From: an uncultured Gammaproteobacteria bacterium
GTDB lineage: Bacteria > Patescibacteriota > Patescibacteriia > UBA9934
DNA: 64,000 nt
NCBI GenBank assembly: GCA_964613815.1
Contig: CAZTKG010000001.1
Location: forward strand, 200,895 to 264,894
Reading direction: 5' to 3'
Shown here piece after piece: positions 58,971-64,000 of this stretch (within the stretch, counting starts at the first letter, position 1; each line of letters starts with the position of its first letter). A program made the translations under genes and the position numbers. The notes under the pieces are model-generated. The model was not told the origin of the DNA and did not search any database. It saw only the letters and a program-made list of their open reading frames with translations.

Positions 58971-61082
58971 ATGACTATTCCCTCCTCTCTGCAACGGATC
59001 GCACTTAACGGCCTTGATCTCTGGCGCCGATTCTACGCCCACGCACTCGCCCCGCTCGCGATTTTTTCGGTGGGGCTTTTTGCGTTTTTTCAGATTCCTG
59101 ATGATACGGATCAGTTGATTTTCTTTTCGTTTGCGTTTCTTTTGGCTTATGCGGTTTACGTGGAATTGCGAGATCTTGATATTCATAAACCCATCTTTGC
59201 TGCATTTGCTGCAGCATTCATCTTTCTCTTTTTGTTTGAGCAAGCTGATACAACCCTGATTCCAGAAACATCAATTCTTCGAAACTCCATGAATGTCCTA
59301 ACAGATGTTCATTTTCACCTTTACGTCCTAGCCGCCACCGCTGGCGTCGTGACAGTTTTCATCTACCGCTTTGAGCTTCGAGAACAGTCCCTTCTAGAAG
59401 ATGAGGTGAAGACTGTTTCTCGAGAGAATAAAACGCTTTATGGCCCCCACCGTCAGCGCAGGAGCGCTCAAATTTCTTCATTCCTTCTTTCTAAACTAGA
59501 AAATGAAGGATGGTTCTGGCTTCTTTGCGTCGCCGCGCTGTCGATCACGGGTCTCCTTCTTCGTCTTGAGCAAATTTCGGACATGGGTCAAGGCATTGAT
59601 GGTTATTACCACCTTCTTGATGCAAGGCACTACCTCGCTCATGGAGAGTTCGTCTATAAACGTGCTCAATTCTTTAGTGCGTTGATTGCGATGAGCTACG
59701 CGCTTTTTGGAGAAAGTATTGCCTCGGCCTATCTTCCGAATATCTTTGTCAGCGTTTTATCGATTCCGCTAAGCTATGTTGTTGGTCGTCGCTATGTTGG
59801 GCGACTTGGCGGGATGATTACCGCCCTCCTTCTTACTACTTCGTTTTGGCACATCGGGGACATGGCAAACCTGCGCATGTACCCGCTCTTTTGCTTTTTG
59901 ACGCTTCTGATCTTTTGGCTTGTTCCGGTGCTCTTAGATGTTCGGCGTGATCAGGATGTGAAAGCTACCGTGAAACGATACGGCCTGTTACTCGCGATCT
60001 TGATTGGACTGTTTGCCCTTGGATTTCATGTTCACAAACTCACCGCGAGCCTTGTTCCAATTTTCGTCTTCTTCCTTATCCTCACAACGGGCGCGTCAGT
60101 CATCCAAGACATTCGGGAAAAGCACATTTCTGCAAAGACAAAGATTATTTCCTCTTTTCTCGGCACCGTTCTTGCGATTGGGGTTTTTCTTTATATTAAA
60201 CAACCGTCACTTGTGACCAGCGCATTGCGATGGGATCCGGTTCTCTTTCAAGAATGGGATACCTACGCTGGCCAAATTCGTACAAGCCTTGGATGGCTCT
60301 TGAGTCTCTTTGGGCACCAAACAATCTATTTGTTTTTGATTATTTATCTTGCACTCTGTCTTGCTAGACAAAAAATTACCTCCTCGATTCCATGGATCTT
60401 CTTTGTTGGCATCTGGTTTATGAGTGCATTTCTTTTCACTCGTGAATATTTTGCTCCCCGATATATTGTATTCACCCTTCCTTTCTTATTTATGGTGATT
60501 GGGGGCGTTATCGCAATTACGAGCCGTCAGTTTTTTCAGCAACGCGCGCTTCAGGTCATCCTCTCTCTCTGCCTTGTTATTCTCCTTGTCCCCTGGTCGC
60601 GCACAGAAATCGTTGTTAACGAAAAGCTGGGTGAGACAGAACTCCAGGAGCTTTACTACGCGTTTAATGATGTTGTGTCTCAAATTCCTGTCCGCGAGTC
60701 AGATGGGATGATTGATACGTCAACAGGAGCACTTGCCTATCATCAATCTACTGTCGATGACATTGTTTATATTCGCAGCATTGACGATAGAGGAAGCGGG
60801 CGCCCCATCCCAACAACCGTGCTTGAAAATCGATTCCTGTCGACAGTTCGCACACATGAACATGGCTGGTTCTTGACGGACATTTACCGTTTTCAGCACT
60901 GGGATTGCGATGTGACTGTTCCGTGCTCTATTCGCTCCCTCGTTGATGAGCACCCAGAAGTCTTTTATACGCACACCTATCCTGAAGATGACCAACTTCT
61001 TCTTATTGAATGGGACCATTCTTGGTCGCCAGGAATCATCGACTCGCTAGCTTTTCCTGCACTATCTGACGAGGTCCTCTAG
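58971..61082 (+). CDS. Second GT-C fold membrane glycosyltransferase (PMT_2/ArnT-like) with large C-terminal soluble domain
   Basis: 703 aa; polytopic N-terminal two thirds (GYYHLLDARHYLAHGEF...), C-terminal about 200-aa soluble domain. Confidence 0.7.
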   Translation: MTIPSSLQRIALNGLDLWRRFYAHALAPLAIFSVGLFAFFQIPDDTDQLIFFSFAFLLAYAVYVELRDLDIHKPIFAAFAAAFIFLFLFEQADTTLIPETSILRNSMNVLTDVHFHLYVLAATAGVVTVFIYRFELREQSLLEDEVKTVSRENKTLYGPHRQRRSAQISSFLLSKLENEGWFWLLCVAALSITGLLLRLEQISDMGQGIDGYYHLLDARHYLAHGEFVYKRAQFFSALIAMSYALFGESIASAYLPNIFVSVLSIPLSYVVGRRYVGRLGGMITALLLTTSFWHIGDMANLRMYPLFCFLTLLIFWLVPVLLDVRRDQDVKATVKRYGLLLAILIGLFALGFHVHKLTASLVPIFVFFLILTTGASVIQDIREKHISAKTKIISSFLGTVLAIGVFLYIKQPSLVTSALRWDPVLFQEWDTYAGQIRTSLGWLLSLFGHQTIYLFLIIYLALCLARQKITSSIPWIFFVGIWFMSAFLFTREYFAPRYIVFTLPFLFMVIGGVIAITSRQFFQQRALQVILSLCLVILLVPWSRTEIVVNEKLGETELQELYYAFNDVVSQIPVRESDGMIDTSTGALAYHQSTVDDIVYIRSIDDRGSGRPIPTTVLENRFLSTVRTHEHGWFLTDIYRFQHWDCDVTVPCSIRSLVDEHPEVFYTHTYPEDDQLLLIEWDHSWSPGIIDSLAFPALSDEVL

Positions 61083-62210
61083 GAGACTGTGCATTTCCGG
61101 GATGACGGCATTGATGTCGTGATGTGATTTTGCATACTTGTATGCACGGAGTCCAGCCGCCTTCTTCTCCTCCATGTCATTTATCAATGCCCCTGTCTTT
61201 TTGTAAAAAGCCTCTATGTCGCCATCTGTGATGACGCCCAAACCGTGTGACCTGATCACGTTGTTTGGATCGATGTCGATCGACGCGACTGGTATTTTAT
61301 TCTTCGTGGCCTGAATAAGTGTATTTGGAAATCCCTCAAACCTGGAGGTGATGACAAATAGGCTCGCTTCCTTAAATTCTTCATTGATTTTGTGAAACGG
61401 TACAAGGCCCTTGTATGTCACATTGGGCACATTTTTGCAGAGTGCTTCAATTTTCGTCTGGTAGTCCGCCTTATTGAGCGCCGGCGGGGCGATCATAATG
61501 AAATCTGTGTCTGGATTTTGCCTTGCTAGCTCGATGAAAATCTCTGGACGCTTCCAGTCTTCACACCTTCCAACCCAAAGGACTGGGCCATCCCAGGTCT
61601 TTTCCACCTCTTCGACCGGATAAACTGATAAAAGAAGATTTGATTCGATCTGATAGTTGTTGCGTAGCATTTCTTGCTGATCTGAGTTTTGCGCGATCAC
61701 AAGATCCGCCCCCTCTAGACCATATCGATACCAGCCGCCAGCAGAACCATTTCCGCGCTCGTACTCCCCCGAGCAGTCGATTTCGTGTGCCGCCATGTAA
61801 ACCAACTTTACGCCAATGAGCTTTGTCCAGAGTCGCAATTTTCCAAAGCCACCGCTTGCTGATCGAACGATCATGATGTCGTAACGATGAAAGAGGAATC
61901 GTGCGGCAAACACAAGCTTAGATGACCATTTTTTTGACTTTCTAATGAGTTGCTCTTTTAGAGATTCATTTTCTGATTTTGAGGCGTATTTTTGAATGGT
62001 TCTCATGAGCCTAATTCCATCCCTGACCTCCATCCCTGGTTGCCCAAAATCTGCAACAAGATAACTTACCTCACAGCCGAGTTCTTTCATTTTTTTTCCG
62101 ATGTAGTACATCTGAACCTCAGCACCTCCAAATCCGCCTCCGCAATCTGGATTAAATAGCGGATATGTTGAAAGTGAAACAAAGCAAATTTTTAGCGGAC
62201 GCTTTGGCAT
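61062..62210 (-). CDS. Glycosyltransferase family 4 (GT-B fold)
   Basis: GGFGGAEVQ N-terminal motif and C-terminal E-x7-E-like region. Start set at ATG 62210 (MPKRPLKICFV...); the ORF-track start 62276 would overlap the upstream gene. Confidence 0.8.
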   Translation of the reverse strand: MPKRPLKICFVSLSTYPLFNPDCGGGFGGAEVQMYYIGKKMKELGCEVSYLVADFGQPGMEVRDGIRLMRTIQKYASKSENESLKEQLIRKSKKWSSKLVFAARFLFHRYDIMIVRSASGGFGKLRLWTKLIGVKLVYMAAHEIDCSGEYERGNGSAGGWYRYGLEGADLVIAQNSDQQEMLRNNYQIESNLLLSVYPVEEVEKTWDGPVLWVGRCEDWKRPEIFIELARQNPDTDFIMIAPPALNKADYQTKIEALCKNVPNVTYKGLVPFHKINEEFKEASLFVITSRFEGFPNTLIQATKNKIPVASIDIDPNNVIRSHGLGVITDGDIEAFYKKTGALINDMEEKKAAGLRAYKYAKSHHDINAVIPEMHSLLEDLVR

Positions 62211-62211
62211 A

Positions 62212-63633
62212 TTAGCTGACTTTGGAGATCGTGTAGCGAAACTTTCCAGATGGGGACCTTGGAATCTGTTCAACAAAGGTCATGCGTATTTTGCACTCTT
62301 CCCCCATTACCGCACGGACCTCTTCGGCGATCTTGTCTAGCTGATCTTGCTTTGGGTCCCTTGCTTTGACGATGAAGATCTGGATCAAGTCCTCTTTCTC
62401 CTGAATGACCTGAAAGGTCTCCACCCAGTCCTGAAAGTAAAAAACATGCGTAAAATATTCGCCATGTATTCTTGATCCATTCAAAGCCTTGAAGTGGTCA
62501 GATGATCTGCCGGTTATGTGACCAATGAGCTTGAACCCCCTTCCGCAAGAGCACCTCTTGTCAGACTGGACCGCTGTGTCGCCGATGCGGTATCGAATGA
62601 TTGGCATCGCGTAGCTGATGAGTGATGTCACATAGACGTCACCCTGCTCTCCTGCAGCAACAGGCTCAAGATTCGCGTCAAGGATCTCAACAATGTGAGA
62701 GTACTCGAATATGTGCAGCCCCTCGTTTTTTGGGCACGATGCAGCGATGTCGCCCACCTCCCTTGAACCATATTGATTAATCACCGGGCAGTTGAAAACT
62801 TCGTGTATGAGGTCGTACTGAAAATCATGCATTGTACCTGCTGTGACAACAATTACTTTTGGCGCGTGAATGCGGATACCCGTCTTTTTGATAAACTTCG
62901 CCATTTCGTAGGCGGAATCTACGTAGGCCCAAACACCGACAGGCTTTACCCTGTTCCAGGTTTTCGTGTACTCGCGCCAAATATCGTCTGATACATAAAA
63001 TGCGTTTAAGAGCCGCCTGTTCGCAAGGAAGTTATCGATATGCGCACGGACACCAATGGAACCCTTCAGCAGATCTCGTTCCGATCCCCAAAGGTTGATC
63101 TGTGATTCGCCGTACATCTTTTGCCCCATGGAGAAAAAGTACATGTTGCTCGCAGACCAATTCGCATACTCCCTGTCTTGAATGACGGTGATTGGCTTTC
63201 CGGTTGATCCGCCGGAAGAGTTTCGATACCAGGCTCGACTCTCAAGATCTGATGATTTAAGATCCTCGAATCTTGTGCGGATAATGTCCTTTGTAAGGAT
63301 CGGTGCATTACGTAGATTTTCTGCCGTGATACCTGCTAGGACTTCCTTGTAATATGGAACTTGCTCCTTTGCGTGATTAATGAGACTTCCGAGCCGTTCC
63401 GATTGATATGTCTCAATATCTTCCGTTGGTGCGAATTCTAACCCCATGATGAGCTCGAAATTTTTTACCTGATCTGGATTTGCCTGGCGTAGAAACTCAT
63501 ATCTCCATGGCTTTTTCGACGTACTGGAAGCTGCAGCTGCCTTTATCATCCCTTTTGCTAAAAATCCCCCTGTCTTCATTGCTCGAAATGGGCTCATAAT
63601 AGAGATTTTGAAATTTTTCCTGTTTTCACCCAT
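62212..63633 (-). CDS. Adenylate-forming enzyme, CapK / PaaK (phenylacetate-CoA ligase)-like
   Basis: RNSSGGSTGKPITV P-loop-like AMP-binding motif and overall size of CapK/F390-synthetase-family proteins. True start may be an internal Met (63597 or 63579). Confidence 0.7.
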   Translation of the reverse strand: MGENRKNFKISIMSPFRAMKTGGFLAKGMIKAAAASSTSKKPWRYEFLRQANPDQVKNFELIMGLEFAPTEDIETYQSERLGSLINHAKEQVPYYKEVLAGITAENLRNAPILTKDIIRTRFEDLKSSDLESRAWYRNSSGGSTGKPITVIQDREYANWSASNMYFFSMGQKMYGESQINLWGSERDLLKGSIGVRAHIDNFLANRRLLNAFYVSDDIWREYTKTWNRVKPVGVWAYVDSAYEMAKFIKKTGIRIHAPKVIVVTAGTMHDFQYDLIHEVFNCPVINQYGSREVGDIAASCPKNEGLHIFEYSHIVEILDANLEPVAAGEQGDVYVTSLISYAMPIIRYRIGDTAVQSDKRCSCGRGFKLIGHITGRSSDHFKALNGSRIHGEYFTHVFYFQDWVETFQVIQEKEDLIQIFIVKARDPKQDQLDKIAEEVRAVMGEECKIRMTFVEQIPRSPSGKFRYTISKVS

Positions 63634-63995
63634 GTCTCAAACGCTTCTACAAACTCCTTCATCTGCTGCAACTCAGCCTTTAAGCTGCCCGTTTCGATCC
63701 CATAATGGTCGCAAATTTGAATATTGGTTCTCATGGATTCGTATGTCGCTTCGTGGTTTGAGAGGTATACCTGCATGACCAACCTCTCCTTCTCTGAGAA
63801 TAAATTGTTTAGGTACGGATTTCGTTCGGCTGCGATAATGTTATCCTCTTTCCACATGCGAATAACGATGTCGTAAAGGAGCCCGCCTATATAGAGCGCG
63901 ATGCATGATGTCAGTGAAAGGAGCGGCAATAAAATGAGCTTGTGAATATCTACCATCTTAGATACGTATGGCAGGTACACGCCGGCCAACGTCAT
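63594..63995 (-). CDS. Hypothetical membrane protein (glycosylation cluster)
   Basis: 133 aa, 2 TM helices at the N-terminus. Confidence 0.4.
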   Translation of the reverse strand: MTLAGVYLPYVSKMVDIHKLILLPLLSLTSCIALYIGGLLYDIVIRMWKEDNIIAAERNPYLNNLFSEKERLVMQVYLSNHEATYESMRTNIQICDHYGIETGSLKAELQQMKEFVEAFETWVKTGKISKSLL

Positions 63996-64000
63996 TGAAT

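Overview
This is a densely coded bacterial chromosomal segment of roughly 50-55% GC, read in the standard genetic code. Its backbone is housekeeping genes. These include a heat-shock operon (hrcA-grpE-dnaK, a 50-aa small ORF, a ybaK-like deacylase, dnaJ) preceded by a textbook CIRCE operator that overlaps a sigma-70-like promoter. Also present are secD (with an embedded parvulin-type PPIase domain) and secF, secA, hpf, murB-murC, glyA, dnaB-ybaB-recR, folD, rplU, a membrane-anchored ClpC-like ATPase, tgt, uppP, an SPFH protein, a CaCA exchanger and a K+ channel pore gene overlapping a CPA2/RCK antiporter gene. A cell-envelope glycosylation cluster (two GT-C/PMT_2-like transferases, GT4, a CapK/PaaK-like ligase, a Gly-rich surface protein) fills the 3' end. 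A tRNA-Glu(CUC) sits at 12493-12567. The most unusual content is non-coding. Two families of dispersed, structured palindromic repeats were found (family 1 at 9 or more loci; family 2 at 3 loci with two nested stems). They sit almost exclusively in intergenic regions, and a small GIY-YIG nuclease gene is flanked on both sides by family-1 copies, an arrangement reminiscent of a REPtron. Several GC-rich patches of hypothetical genes look horizontally acquired. One of them is a cassette-like run of unrelated small ORFs joined by a conserved ~100-bp junction, and it may contain a poly-G frameshift. The others hold a 659-679-aa orphan protein with an acidic tail, a SET-domain protein next to a P-loop ATPase, and a tRNA-adjacent patch of small ORFs. 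A VirD4/TraD-like coupling ATPase with a C-terminal zinc ribbon and an Arg/Asp-rich tail sits behind a membrane partner protein. Many 5' ends in the ORF track run into the repeats, and several short ORFs (peptides such as SRLRSRWE or STSLEMGG) are simply translations of repeat copies.
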